Below are positions 1 through 11,010 of a DNA stretch of 64,000 nt, piece by piece. The DNA is from Thecamonas trahens ATCC 50062. Taxonomy: Eukaryota > Protista > Apusomonadida. A program made the translations under genes and the position numbers. How positions within the stretch are numbered: the stretch's first letter is position 1; each line of letters opens with the position of its first letter. Where the stretch lies: assembly GCF_000142905.1 (NCBI RefSeq), contig NW_013657639.1:222559-286558 (forward strand), read 5' to 3'. The notes under the pieces are model-generated. The model was not told the origin of the DNA. It worked only from the letters and a program-made list of their open reading frames with translations, and did no database searches.

Positions 1-1183
1 CGTTCTCGCCGCCGTAGGTGAGGACGCAAGCAAACGAAAACGCCCCCGAGCCATACAGCAGCGAGAGCGCGAGTGAGTCGCCGTCGAGGCGGACTCGCAC
101 AATCGACGACTGCGAGACCCGATACGCCATGGCGTACCGCGCCAGCAGCCGCGAGTTGGCCAGTGCCATATCGATGGCCAGCACCGTGTTGCGGCCGGGC
201 CACTGTGCGAGCGTCACCCCAATCTTCGAGCCCTTGGCCTGCGAGTAGAGCGTAACCACCGCGTCGTCGTCCATCACCTCCATCTTAACGTCGACCCACT
301 TGACCGCCCGCTTGCTCAGCGAGTAACCGACCGAGGCGCCAACGCACGCCGCTGCCGAGAGTGGCAACACAATGTCGGCGCCAACCTCGGGCCCACGCCG
401 AGAGAGGATCGCCAGCGCCGTCCCGTGCGCCCCGTCCCGGAACCACGGCACCGCGGTCTCGGCCACCACTTTGACCGAGTGCCGCGAGACTCGCCGGATG
501 CGGTGGCCCTTGGACGAGAGCCGCCGGTGGAGGTAAAATACCACTTGCGCTGAAACACTCGTCTCGGCCACGCCCCATGGCTCGCTCACCACCCGCTTCA
601 CGCTCATCTTGACGTCGTCGGTCGCGGCCGAGCCCATCCGCGCCATGGCGTAGAGTCCAAGCTCCTTGTTCATCACTCGCAGCCAAGAGTCGTAGTAGAT
701 TCGCGAGCCATCCAGTGCGTAGCTCACTCCAGATGCGCTGCGTGACGCCGAGGCGAAGCGGGTCAGCCCCGCCAGCACCCACTGTCCGTCGCCCTTGCCG
801 CCCGACGAGCCGCCCGCTCCTCTCGCCTCACCGGAGGCGCCACCTCCTGCATCACTCCCATCGGCCTCGCCATGCCGCAACCACAGCCCCAGTGGAGTCC
901 AAAACTCAAGCGCAACACCACGGGTAAAGCCCTTGAACAGAAACGAGGCCGCCGACGAGAACTCGGACCACTTACGCGGCTGGCGCTGCCATTGTGATCG
1001 GTCGGTGGAGGTAAAGTGGCTCCGCTGCCGTGCGCGTCCAGCTCCAGCCCCAACCCCAGCTCCAGCTCCAGCTCCAGTCCCAGCCCCAGTCCCAGCCCCA
1101 GCCCCAGCCCCTGTCCGATCGCTCCTTCCTGTCCCACGTGTCCACCTTTGGCTGTTGCTCGAGCGACCAGCTGCCGTCGCCAT
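1..1183 (-). CDS. Hypothetical protein, truncated by the left window edge, with a Gly/Ala-repeat N-terminus
   Basis: Absent from the ORF track because no stop lies in the window. Manual translation from ATG 1183 gives MATAAGRSS...GAGAGTGAG...KWVDVKMEVMDDDAVVTLYSQAKGSKIGVTL..., open to the edge. The start is uncertain. Confidence 0.6.
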   Translation of the reverse strand, partial: MATAAGRSSNSQRWTRGTGRSDRTGAGAGAGTGAGTGAGAGAGVGAGAGRARQRSHFTSTDRSQWQRQPRKWSEFSSAASFLFKGFTRGVALEFWTPLGLWLRHGEADGSDAGGGASGEARGAGGSSGGKGDGQWVLAGLTRFASASRSASGVSYALDGSRIYYDSWLRVMNKELGLYAMARMGSAATDDVKMSVKRVVSEPWGVAETSVSAQVVFYLHRRLSSKGHRIRRVSRHSVKVVAETAVPWFRDGAHGTALAILSRRGPEVGADIVLPLSAAACVGASVGYSLSKRAVKWVDVKMEVMDDDAVVTLYSQAKGSKIGVTLAQWPGRNTVLAIDMALANSRLLARYAMAYRVSQSSIVRVRLDGDSLALSLLYGSGAFSFACVLTYGGEN

Positions 1184-1211
1184 TACGTCCGCTCAGACCT
1201 CCGCCTGCCAC

Positions 1212-1278
1212 CTCGCTCTCGCTCTCGCTCTCGCTCTCGCTCTCGCTCTCACTCTCACTCTCGCTCTCGCTCTCGGCT
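1212..1278. repeat. (CTCGCT)n hexanucleotide microsatellite
   Basis: About 11 copies visible directly, with CTCACT variants. Confidence 0.9.
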
Positions 1279-1498
1279 CTAGTCACGGCTGCTCCCGCAC
1301 CTCCTTGCTGACTATGACTCTTGCGAAGCAGAGCAAGACTCGAGGTTGATGGCGTCTCGGAGAGGAGTGCTTCGACCTCAGCTCGTCGCCAGCCCGTGCC
1401 CGCTCGTCGGCTCACGGGCTCGCCCCCCTCACCCCTCACCCCCGCCCCGCCCCTCACCCCCCGCCCCCCCCTTCCGCCCCGTGCTCAACGGTTGTTGT

Positions 1499-3874
1499 TC
1501 AATCAGATTTGATCCGCGGAATCGAAGACGACTCGAGGACGATCGGCTGGGTGGGATGGACAAAGGTGATGCCCAAGTCGATGAGAATCTCTTGCAGCTT
1601 GAGGAGAAGACGCGACTTGGGGACGAGGAATCGGGCCGGCCTCTGCCAGGAGACGCCGAGGAGGCCGATCCACACATTGAGTGTGAGCTTGTTGGCCGAG
1701 TTCTCGATCGAGTCGACCCAAACCATAAAGTTGTCGGTGTTCCACGGCGCCGAGTTGTCGTCAAAGAAGAAGCGGAGGACCCGGGCCTCGATGTCGGCGA
1801 CCTGCTGGGCCGTCACGTGCGAGTCCATGTTGATGGTCGCGTTGATGGCGTAGTCCTTCGACCGCTTGTACGAGGTGAGCACAGAGGTGAACAGCATCGA
1901 GTTGGGGATGATAAACTGCCGCCCGTCCGGAGAGTGGGCTTCGGTCGTGAACAGGTAGATCGAGTCCACAATGAGCGTCGGGTAGCCTTCGAGCGTGAAC
2001 CGATCGCCGGTGAAAAACGGCCGAACCACAAAGATGTACAGGAATGACTGCCACGCCGCCTGCGCTGACGAGCCAAAGATAAACGCGAGACCGAGGAGGA
2101 GCGGGAGAAGGACCTGGAGGACGTCAACTCCGAGGAACGAGAGGATGAAGAAAAAGACTAGTGACCAGAAGAGCGCTCCGGTAAAGGCGTGCAGGACCGA
2201 GGCAACCTGCCCGCGGTCGCGCAGCATGCGGTACGTCGTCTCGCGCGACTGGAAAATGTCAAAGATGGTCGAGACCGCAAGGTCGTAGTCGACCTCGAGC
2301 GTTGCCAGGTTGATCCGTCGCGACGCCGCGAACATCGACATGGCCCGCACCGCATCCGGATGGTCCATCACCCGCTCCAAGTCCGCGAGGTTGAAGTAGC
2401 CCTTGTCGTTGCGGTCGAGATTCTCCATCAAGTCCGCCGCCCGCACAGCCGACGCCTGCCGCTTCTCACCCTCGGAGAAGAGATGCAAATCGTCCGAGAG
2501 GACCTGCCCGAGCAGCGCCCGCATCGTTTTGTGCAGGTCGTGGGTGTGCGGCGGCATGACCGGCGTCATCCACTTTTCCTTGGCCCTCTTGCAGCATGTT
2601 GTCAGCTTGCACACAATCTCTTCGTTCTTGACGTGCTGCTCGAGCTCTGCGCCAAACAACTCAAAGTGAATGTGCTCGAGGTACACGCGCTCGATGGCAA
2701 ACTTGATGAGGTGGGCGAGAAAGACAAAGAGCACCATCAGCTGAATGTCCACAAGCAGCGTTCGGAGCCGCGCCTCAGTGCCCGAGTCGACAACCGTGGG
2801 CGTGACAATGAGGAGCGTGATGGCCCAGCAGACTGAGGTCAGATCAAGCTGTGCGCCCTCAAAGAGGTAGAAGGTAAACGTGAGGTAGAACCGCGGCTTG
2901 AGCACGTTGTAGGTCACCGTGATGAGGAGCCGCATGACCACCCAGCCGGCGAGTGCCGCCGACCAGAACCACATGCCGTGCTCGAGCGGAAGCGCGTACG
3001 CCTGCTCGTGTGCTGGCGTTAGCGCCACCACCAGGCCGGCGAGCGCAAACGCAATCGATGCAAACGTCGCCAGCGCTGCCAGCGGCACCGAGAGGAACGC
3101 CCGGATAAAGCCGGGCGTGAACATCTGTGTCTCCATCGGCATGATGAGCGGAATGCCGAGCATCGGCGTTCGCTTAACCCGGTCATGCTTGCGGATCATT
3201 CGCCGGTCGCGCGGGAGGAGCTCGGCCCACGCGTCCGGCGGCGGCAGCGGCGGCGGCGGCGGCGGCGGAATAGGCGGAGCGGGTGTTGGGAGCGGCGCGT
3301 TCGCTGAGGTCGGCGAGATCGGCTGCGCCCCCTGCGATGAGGCTGGCTGCGCGACATCAGCCGAAGTCATCGATTCCGACGACATTCCCCGCGCCCGCGT
3401 CCGAATCGCCTGCACCGCCGTCGTGCCCGAGATCGACGCGTTGAGGTCGGTAGCATAGCGGTAGCTGGCATTGGCTTTGCGCCGGTTGCGGAGCATGGCC
3501 TCAGCGATGGTGTTTGCCGCACCACCGACCGCTGCCGCCGCCGCTGCCGCATCATGCGCATTGACACGGACTTGCAGGTCCGGCGAGCTCGCTCCTGCTG
3601 GCCCCGCCGCCCGAGCCGCCAGCTCCGACTCGACCCCGGCCTCGGCTTCGCCGTCCCATGAGCCATAGATCGATGAGTAGTCCTCAATGTCCTCCGTCTC
3701 AGCCGATGGCAATATTTGCAGCTCGTTGTCGTGGTGGCTGTCTCCAGGTGGTGCCGCTTGCACAGCTGTCAGCTGTGCCTCGGATACGGCCTGCGGTCTA
3801 CCCCAACGCTGTCTTTGCCCGCGCCCACGTTGCCTACTACGGCTGCTCGCTGGCCGACGCGGAGTTCGTGACAT
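1499..3874 (-). CDS. MscS-like mechanosensitive channel 1 (eukaryotic Msy/MSL type)
   Basis: 791 aa with several TM helices, EF-hand-like DRNDKGYFNLADL, and MscS core FIFG...VVRPFFTGDR...IPNSML. Confidence 0.9.
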   Translation of the reverse strand: MSRTPRRPASSRSRQRGRGQRQRWGRPQAVSEAQLTAVQAAPPGDSHHDNELQILPSAETEDIEDYSSIYGSWDGEAEAGVESELAARAAGPAGASSPDLQVRVNAHDAAAAAAAVGGAANTIAEAMLRNRRKANASYRYATDLNASISGTTAVQAIRTRARGMSSESMTSADVAQPASSQGAQPISPTSANAPLPTPAPPIPPPPPPPLPPPDAWAELLPRDRRMIRKHDRVKRTPMLGIPLIMPMETQMFTPGFIRAFLSVPLAALATFASIAFALAGLVVALTPAHEQAYALPLEHGMWFWSAALAGWVVMRLLITVTYNVLKPRFYLTFTFYLFEGAQLDLTSVCWAITLLIVTPTVVDSGTEARLRTLLVDIQLMVLFVFLAHLIKFAIERVYLEHIHFELFGAELEQHVKNEEIVCKLTTCCKRAKEKWMTPVMPPHTHDLHKTMRALLGQVLSDDLHLFSEGEKRQASAVRAADLMENLDRNDKGYFNLADLERVMDHPDAVRAMSMFAASRRINLATLEVDYDLAVSTIFDIFQSRETTYRMLRDRGQVASVLHAFTGALFWSLVFFFILSFLGVDVLQVLLPLLLGLAFIFGSSAQAAWQSFLYIFVVRPFFTGDRFTLEGYPTLIVDSIYLFTTEAHSPDGRQFIIPNSMLFTSVLTSYKRSKDYAINATINMDSHVTAQQVADIEARVLRFFFDDNSAPWNTDNFMVWVDSIENSANKLTLNVWIGLLGVSWQRPARFLVPKSRLLLKLQEILIDLGITFVHPTQPIVLESSSIPRIKSD

Positions 3875-4390
3875 ATAGCTACTCAGAGAGAAACGTTGGC
3901 GTGCTGGTACAAGTCGTCAAGCTACGCAGAGAGTGGTGGAGATGGGGAGGAGGGGAGGACTTGTCATGGTGACGGGATGAGGAGCCCAGGACACAATGAC
4001 AAAAAAAAAGCGGTACAGATAAAGGATGATTGAAAGTAGAACAGGTCGGGGAGGCGGTGAGCAGTGGAAGAGTGGAGATGGCGACGGGTGAGAGTGAAGG
4101 GAAACGGGGGGAGAGGGAATGAGGCGATGCGCGCAGCAAGAGATGGTGTGACGCTGATAAGAAGGTGTACAAAAAAAAGAGAAACGCAGTCAAGGAGGAG
4201 TCGAACCCCTCTCAATTTCTCGAGCTACGGGTTTGAAGCCCGCATCGACCACCGGGCCGAATCATGACTGCAAAGAGGAACAGTTTCCGCAGCAGACTTT
4301 GACGGCCACAGCTCGGCCGCGCACTCTACACCAAAACATGACTGATCGCCCAGACGTGGCGACAATCGATGATGGTGTGTGGACTGTGGT

Positions 4391-6772
4391 TTAGTCGAGG
4401 TCGCCAGGCGGCGGGACCTCGGCACCGGCGGCGCCGGCATCGGCGGCCGGCTCCTCCTTGGGCTTGGCCTCCTCCTTGGGCTTGGGCTCCTCCTTGGGCT
4501 TGGGCTTGGGCTTGTTGACGATGGAGCGGGCAACCTTGTGCAGGGCCTTCTCCTTGGCGGTGAGGGCACCGGCGGTGACGGCTGGGTCGTCGGTCTTAGC
4601 AAGGCCGTTCTGGGCGGCGAGCTTCTCGTTGAGCCACTGGGTGGTCGAGTCGTAGATCTTCTGGACCTTCTTGCGGTCGGCGTCCTCGATATGGGACCAC
4701 TTGTCGTCAGTCGAGGCGAGGAAGGCGCCGTAAGTGGCGAGGGAGGCCTGGAGCGAGGCGATGGCAGCGGGGCGCTTGGCCTCCTGCTCGCGACGGTGGG
4801 CGGGCTTGTCACCGATAGCCTTGAGCTCGGCAAGCTTGGCGTCGTAGACCTTCTTGGCGGCGTCCTCGCCGTCGTCGTAGAGCCAGTCCTCGGTGTCGTT
4901 GAGGAGCGAGACAAAGGCGTCGCGGTCGGCCGGGAGCATGTACTCGGCGAGCGGCTCGCCGTCACGGAGCTTGGAGCGGAGGTCGTAGACGTACGACTCG
5001 ACGGCGTTGCGCGCCTCACCGGTCTCGCGGACAAGCTTGTCCTTGAAGGCCAGCTCGACCTCGAGCTCGCGGGCGACCATGAGCTCGGGCGCGGTGAGCC
5101 CTGCGGTGGTCTCGGAGACGGTCAGGTCGATACGCTTGGTCTTCTTCTTGGTCTTCTTGCCAGCGGCCTCGCCCTCGGCCTCGCCCTCAGCAGCGGCCTC
5201 GTCGCCCGACGGCTTGGCCTCGTCGCCGCCCTCGGCGGCGGCCTCGGCGGCCTCGTCGACCTCGACCTCGTACTCTTCAACCATGTACGCCCACGGGACG
5301 CGGATGAGGCCCGACTTGTCAAGCTTGACCTTGAGCTTGATCTTGCGGACCTCGTCAGCAGACATGCCCTCCGGGAAGCCCGAAACGATGTAGGTGCCGA
5401 GCCGGGTGTCTGCACCCGGGTACGGCGCCTCGTCGTAGTCGGCAGCGACCTCAAACTGGCCCGAGCGGTAGAATGAGAGGAGCTTCGAGTTGGGCACCGG
5501 GTTGTTGGCCACAAAGGTGGCCGAGGCCTTGGCCTCGCCGTCGTCGGCGATCCAAGTCATCGAGACCGGGTACATCGACGAGTCGACAATGGCGTAGTCG
5601 CGGACGCGGATGATCGGCGAGAGCATGGCGCACGCGAGCGCGCAGCCGCGGGCGGCAGCCTCGGACTTGTTCAGCGTGTCCGACAGCTCGGCGCCGCCGA
5701 GCACCTCCGACACGCAGTTGCGCACAATGCGGACGCGCGAGCCGCCGCCCACCATCTCGCACGAGTGGATGTCGGCCGACGAGAGGCCAGACTGCTCAAG
5801 CGCCGCGGTGACAACGCTCGAGACGCGGCCGGCAAGGTCCGAGACAAGCGCCTCAAACTCCTCACGGGTGTACGTGAGCGAGACGTCGCGGTCGTCGAGC
5901 AGGCACTCGATCGAGAGCCGGCCCTCGGGGTTGGTGGTGAACACACGCTTGAGCTTCTCGCACTGCTGAAGCAGCCGGAGCGTCGCCTTGGCCGACGACG
6001 CAACGTCGATTCCGGGCTTGGTCTTGAACTCCTTCATAAAGTGCTTGCAAAGCGCATCGTCAAAGTTGCGCGAGCCAAGCGTCCGGTCCGCTGCGCGGCC
6101 CACAACCTCGAGCTTGTCCTTGGTGAACTTGACAATCGCAACCTCGAACGACGACTCGCCCATGTCGGCAAACATGACCGTCCGCGGCGTCTCGTCGGTG
6201 ATCTCGGGCTTGTAGAACCCGTACTCGAGCGCAACCGCAGTCGTCGCGTTGAAGAGCTTGAGGCAGTTGAGGTCCGCAATCTGGAGCGCGTCAACCATCG
6301 CACGCCGCTCGGCGTCGGTGAAGAACGACGGGACAGAGACGACCACGTCAGACACCTTGGCCATCAGCGAGTTCTCCGCAATCTCCTTGAGATGGCCGAG
6401 CATCATCGACGCCGCAGACTCGGGTGAGATCGTCCGCTTCTCGTCGCCCATCGGCACGCGGATGCCGACCGAGTCGGCCTTCTCGCCCTCGACGAGCTCG
6501 TAGTGCACAAAGTGCGAGTCCTTGAGCGCGGTGATCGCCTCCGACGAGTACTTGGCGCCAAGCAGCGACTTGATCGAAGTCACCGTGTTCTTGAGGTTCA
6601 TGACGTGCGAGGTCTTGGCGTTGTTGCCCAGCCGACGCTCGCCCGAGCCAAAGCCAACCATAGTCGGCGTCTCGCGCTTGGAGATGTCGTTCATGAGCAC
6701 ATCCACGCCGCCAGACTTGACAACGCCAATCTTGCACGTGTCATTACCAAAGTCGATCCCAACAACAGACAT
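4391..6772 (-). CDS. HSP110: Hsp110/Sse1-type Hsp70-family nucleotide exchange factor
   Basis: MSVVGIDFGN start, MVGGGSR, EAAARGCALACAMLSP, RNAVESYVY, TEDWLYDDGED, acidic insert, C-terminal GDLD. Confidence 0.95.
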   Translation of the reverse strand: MSVVGIDFGNDTCKIGVVKSGGVDVLMNDISKRETPTMVGFGSGERRLGNNAKTSHVMNLKNTVTSIKSLLGAKYSSEAITALKDSHFVHYELVEGEKADSVGIRVPMGDEKRTISPESAASMMLGHLKEIAENSLMAKVSDVVVSVPSFFTDAERRAMVDALQIADLNCLKLFNATTAVALEYGFYKPEITDETPRTVMFADMGESSFEVAIVKFTKDKLEVVGRAADRTLGSRNFDDALCKHFMKEFKTKPGIDVASSAKATLRLLQQCEKLKRVFTTNPEGRLSIECLLDDRDVSLTYTREEFEALVSDLAGRVSSVVTAALEQSGLSSADIHSCEMVGGGSRVRIVRNCVSEVLGGAELSDTLNKSEAAARGCALACAMLSPIIRVRDYAIVDSSMYPVSMTWIADDGEAKASATFVANNPVPNSKLLSFYRSGQFEVAADYDEAPYPGADTRLGTYIVSGFPEGMSADEVRKIKLKVKLDKSGLIRVPWAYMVEEYEVEVDEAAEAAAEGGDEAKPSGDEAAAEGEAEGEAAGKKTKKKTKRIDLTVSETTAGLTAPELMVARELEVELAFKDKLVRETGEARNAVESYVYDLRSKLRDGEPLAEYMLPADRDAFVSLLNDTEDWLYDDGEDAAKKVYDAKLAELKAIGDKPAHRREQEAKRPAAIASLQASLATYGAFLASTDDKWSHIEDADRKKVQKIYDSTTQWLNEKLAAQNGLAKTDDPAVTAGALTAKEKALHKVARSIVNKPKPKPKEEPKPKEEAKPKEEPAADAGAAGAEVPPPGDLD

Positions 6773-7308
6773 GTTCTATCCCTCCAATCACCATCTCCTT
6801 GTGTGAGTGTGCGTCACGCCCTGCTCGACCACCTTCCTCTGAGCCCTTGCTCCGCGTCACGGGATGAATTCATGATCCCTTTCGGCGACTCCCGCCACCC
6901 CCCCCCTCCTACCCACTTCCTTTGCCCAGTACCCCTACCACCTCTGCTCCCAACTACCATACCCTATGGTATGTATAAATGGAAGATGTTCTGCTGGTGG
7001 TGGGGAATGGGTCGCTGGTGGTGTGGTGGGGGGGGGGAGGGGGGTTGGCCTTCAACTGACGTACCCTCTGTAGGTCGTATGCGAGTCGAGTGGCAGGTCG
7101 TTCCCCGCACGGTGACGCCTTCACGAAGGCCGATGATGCCTTCCATTCATTCGTTTTCGGCGAAATGAGGGTGCTCAACCCAACAGGAGCCATATTGGCC
7201 AACGGGTCATGTCATGAGTGATGAGAGCGGCAGAGCCGACGAGGTGGTGCCGTAGGAATCGGGCCAGATCTTGGTCAACCATTGTGATGACTTGCAGAGG
7301 AGAACATG

Positions 7309-9441
7309 TCAAGATTGTGCGGCGGTGGTGACACTTGCGCCAGCGCTCGTGCGGGCGGTACCAGGCGCGGCCGGTGGGATCAAGTCGTCGTCCGAGTGCG
7401 TGCGGACAGTGATCGGGAGCGGGAGTTGCTCGTAGTCGAGGTGGAGGTCGTCGAGGATAGTACGAAGCTGAACGTAGAGCTTGGACTTGGCCGTCAGGCA
7501 CTTGCCGACTTGGTGGGCGTTGACGTCAATGAGGCCAACCCAGACCGAGAGCGAGAGCTTGTGGCAGTCGACAAGGTCCGAGATCCAGACCATAGCTGAG
7601 CTGACATCCCACGGGATCGAGGTGTCTTCGAGGAAGAACGCCTTGAGGCGCGCCTCGATCGCGGCCACCGCGTGGGCTCCGGTTTTGGCTGCGACCGTCA
7701 CCGCCACATGCATGGCGTGATCGCGCGAGCGGCGGTGCGAGACGATGACCGCGTCGTAGAGCATGGCGTTGGGCAGCTGGTACAGCTCGCCGCCAGGGGT
7801 AAAGGCCTCGGTTGTTAGCAGGTGGACCGCGTGCACAATGAGCGTCGGGTACTCGGCCGACGGATGGATGACCTTGATTCGATCCGAGACCGCAAACGGG
7901 CGCTGGACAAGGAGAAAGACAATCGAGTTGAAGACTCGCGTCGCCGTCGACGCAAAGAGGAAAGACATACCGAGCAGAAAGGTGCCGGTCGGAATGACAA
8001 GCTCAAAGAACGAGACGCCGAGCGCCACAAGGACTGCCATGCCCGCCACAAACCAGAACAGGACAGATGAGACCCGATGGAGGACGTTAGAGAGCTCGCC
8101 GCGGGCGTGAAGCGACCGATACAGCCGCTCGCGCTCTTCAAAAACCTCAAAGATGACATCGACGGCCTCCTCGTAGCTGACTTGGACACGGTCGAGCTGC
8201 CGCCGCCGCGAGCGGACAAACATGGCCATGGCCGCCAGCGCCTGTGGCCCGGGCCCGAGTTCGCGCTCGATGTCGCGGAGCTCAAAGTAGCCGCGCTCAT
8301 CGAGGTCGAGGTTGACCAGTATGTCGGCGGCGCGAACAGCCGCAGCCTCGCGCTTGGTCGCCGGCGTGAAAAAGTGGTGCTCCTCGCCGAGCGCGTCGCC
8401 CAGCAGGCCGCGCATCGTCTTGCGCACATCGTGGGTGTGCCGCGGCTGCGCAGGCGTCACCCAGTGCGGCACGGCGCTCTTCCGGCACCGCCGCAGCGCG
8501 CAAATGGCCTCCTCGCGGCGCACATGCTTCTCCAGTTCGGATCCGTACAGGTCGTAGTGAATCCGCTCGAGGTACATTCGCTCGCCCGCGTTCTTGATCA
8601 GGTGTGCGAGGTAGATGAGCGTGACCGCGAGCTGGAACTGGACTAGCCGCTTGCGCAGCCGCGCCTCAGTATCCGGCCCCACAAACTGTGGCGTAATGGC
8701 GAGACTCATGACGCCCCATAAAACCGACGTGATGTCGCGCGGCGTCCGCTCGAGAATGTAGAACACAAATGAGGTGTAGACCCGAGGCTTGATCGCGTAG
8801 TACACCAGCGCCACCACTAGCCGCACAAGTGCCCACGCACTCAGCTCGATGGCCCAGAACCACATTTCATACTGCAGCGGGAGTGAGTACGACTCCTCTG
8901 ATGCAGGCGTGACCGTGAAAATGATCGCCGCCGCCGCAAAGCCAGCTGCAAGCAGCAGCCCAAGGCAGGCGACCGGGAGCTCAGACACCAGCGCCTGGAG
9001 GTTTGATCGCGATGAGATGTCATGTGAGAGCGAGGTCGGCAGCCGGAGTGGAATGCCGAGCGTCGGCGGCCTTCGTATTCCTGAGGACGACGAGATCCGC
9101 CGCGGCTCGCGCGGGAGCACCTCAGCCCACGCATCCGGGGTCGGCATCGGAGGCGGTGGCGGCGGATTGGCCATCGGTGGTGGGAGTGGCGGCGGTGGCG
9201 GCGGCTTAGCCGGCGGCGGTGGTGGCTGAAGCCCGCTCGGCCGCAGCGATCGCTCGTCTCGTGTCCAGACCACCTCGATTGACTCGTTGCCGACCTCAAA
9301 CACGCTGTGCTCACCGTCGTCGCTCTCTGTCGGCGAGTCGATGACGACGGCTGCCATGCCACAGCCCGAGCCCGTCCCGTCTCCGGTCCCATCCCCAGAA
9401 GTCGACCCGGTCGTTGACACATACGTCGAGCTGGTTGCCAT
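7309..9441 (-). CDS. MscS-like mechanosensitive channel 2
   Basis: 710-aa paralogue of 1499-3874: PTLGIP, ERMYLERIH, DLDERGYFELRDI, QRPFAVSDR, LPNAML. Confidence 0.88.
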   Translation of the reverse strand: MATSSTYVSTTGSTSGDGTGDGTGSGCGMAAVVIDSPTESDDGEHSVFEVGNESIEVVWTRDERSLRPSGLQPPPPPAKPPPPPPLPPPMANPPPPPPMPTPDAWAEVLPREPRRISSSSGIRRPPTLGIPLRLPTSLSHDISSRSNLQALVSELPVACLGLLLAAGFAAAAIIFTVTPASEESYSLPLQYEMWFWAIELSAWALVRLVVALVYYAIKPRVYTSFVFYILERTPRDITSVLWGVMSLAITPQFVGPDTEARLRKRLVQFQLAVTLIYLAHLIKNAGERMYLERIHYDLYGSELEKHVRREEAICALRRCRKSAVPHWVTPAQPRHTHDVRKTMRGLLGDALGEEHHFFTPATKREAAAVRAADILVNLDLDERGYFELRDIERELGPGPQALAAMAMFVRSRRRQLDRVQVSYEEAVDVIFEVFEERERLYRSLHARGELSNVLHRVSSVLFWFVAGMAVLVALGVSFFELVIPTGTFLLGMSFLFASTATRVFNSIVFLLVQRPFAVSDRIKVIHPSAEYPTLIVHAVHLLTTEAFTPGGELYQLPNAMLYDAVIVSHRRSRDHAMHVAVTVAAKTGAHAVAAIEARLKAFFLEDTSIPWDVSSAMVWISDLVDCHKLSLSVWVGLIDVNAHQVGKCLTAKSKLYVQLRTILDDLHLDYEQLPLPITVRTHSDDDLIPPAAPGTARTSAGASVTTAAQS

Positions 9442-10004
9442 GCCGCGGCAAAGGAGTCGTGTGGAGAGCGGAGCTACGGCAGTTTGACCGCTGTGGCGGT
9501 CGGCATTAGCCGGGGACAGGCCGGGTCGAGCGCCATACCAAAGGATCTGGGGATTCGGATGACACAGCGAGTGATGGATTTACTTGTACGGGCGTACATG
9601 ATGATTCATGGCAGAGACACGGTGCTGTGGTTGTCGGTGATGTGGGTAGTGTAAGGAGCGAGATGAGATCAGATCTGGGGGCGGGAGGGTAGGCATCCCG
9701 GCAACTACGGCTACAGATCTGACTGGGCATCCGGATTGAATGGGGCAAGCCGATGAGTGAGAAAGTATTGGATTTGGGAGTTGATGTATGTGGGTGGGGT
9801 GGGTGGGGTGGGTGGGTGGGTGGGTGTGGTCGATGAGTCGGACCAAAAGCACAGTGCGAAAGGCACCTGTGACCACCACACCAGGTGCTGACCACCAGCC
9901 AAGGACCACGAGCTGGTGGAAGGCAGGGAACGAGAGCGAGTCACAACCACTCTTTCCCCACATACGCGTACTTAGGTATATCTGTGTGTCTGTTGAGGAA
10001 CGAC

Positions 10005-10994
10005 ATGGCTGACGTTACCGACAAGCCGGTGGCAGTTGCAGACAAGGCTGCGGGCGCAGAGGTGGAGGCGGGCGCAGAGGTGGCGGTGGACGAGGACGGA
10101 TCGGTGGGGGCTATGTGGAACGGATGCGTGGTGATGGGTGATGGGGTGGCCGAGGACAAGAACCGCAAGTACCGACGGACAATGGAGGACAAGCACATCA
10201 TGATCAAGGCGCTGGAGACGGGCGCAGGGGAGCTGGTCGAAGTCGATGGCGTGCAGCCGGCGCTGTATGCTGTCTTTGATGGTCATGGTGGTCGAAAGGC
10301 GTCGGCGCTGATGGAGAAGCAGTTTCCGACCATTCTGGCCACATCGCTGGAGGCTGTTGCTGGTAGGACCGCGGGTGGCCGCCACGTCGGTGTGGCGCTG
10401 GCTGATGCGCTCGCTCACGCCGATCATGCCCTGCTAGAGGACGGCATCGTGTACTCGGGTGCAACTGTCGCGGTTGCGTTGGTCGTCCCCGACTCTACCG
10501 GGCGCGGAACGTGGATTCACTCGGCCAACGCCGGCGACACCCGGACAGTGCTGGTGGTGAAGTCTGATGCTGGTGACGCTACAGCAATCCGCCTCTCGCG
10601 CGACCACAAGGCCGACGATGCCGACGAGGTCGAGCGCATCGAGGCTGCAGGCGGGTTTGTCAGCGGCGGCCGCGTCGTCTCGGTCCTCGCCGTCGCGCGC
10701 GCTCTCGGGGACGGGTCGATGAAGGACTTTGTCCCATCCGAGCCGTACCTCTCCGACACCCTTGTGACTGCGGCCCAGCTGGCGGCCGGAGCCTTCTTCA
10801 TCATGGCCTGTGACGGCGTGTGGGATGTCATCCCGGACGACGACGCCGCCGCCATTGTCGCTCAAGAGCTCGTCACAGACACCGGCACCGAGGCTTCCGC
10901 GGCCAAAGCCCTCGTCCGTGCCGCCATTGACGTCGGATCGACCGACAACGTCACCGTGATTGTCGTCCGTCTCGCCGCTACCGGCCGCGCCTGA
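10005..10994 (+). CDS. Protein phosphatase 2C (PPM family)
   Basis: RRTMED, VFDGHGG, NAGD, DHK, LAVARALGD, ACDGVWD, GSTDNVT; first ATG of the ORF at 10005. Confidence 0.93.
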   Translation: MADVTDKPVAVADKAAGAEVEAGAEVAVDEDGSVGAMWNGCVVMGDGVAEDKNRKYRRTMEDKHIMIKALETGAGELVEVDGVQPALYAVFDGHGGRKASALMEKQFPTILATSLEAVAGRTAGGRHVGVALADALAHADHALLEDGIVYSGATVAVALVVPDSTGRGTWIHSANAGDTRTVLVVKSDAGDATAIRLSRDHKADDADEVERIEAAGGFVSGGRVVSVLAVARALGDGSMKDFVPSEPYLSDTLVTAAQLAAGAFFIMACDGVWDVIPDDDAAAIVAQELVTDTGTEASAAKALVRAAIDVGSTDNVTVIVVRLAATGRA

Positions 10995-11010
10995 TCGCCG
11001 CCCAAGCCCC

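Noticed and set aside
972-1457. (ES)n/(GW)n ORF as a GW-repeat Argonaute-hook protein
   Set aside because: The GW reading is an alternative frame of the Gly/Ala repeat in the long ORF running off the left edge.
4379-5476. 365-aa plus-strand ORF, and similarly 13920-15224
   Set aside because: These are antisense mirrors of Hsp110 and MscS-3 caused by codon bias.
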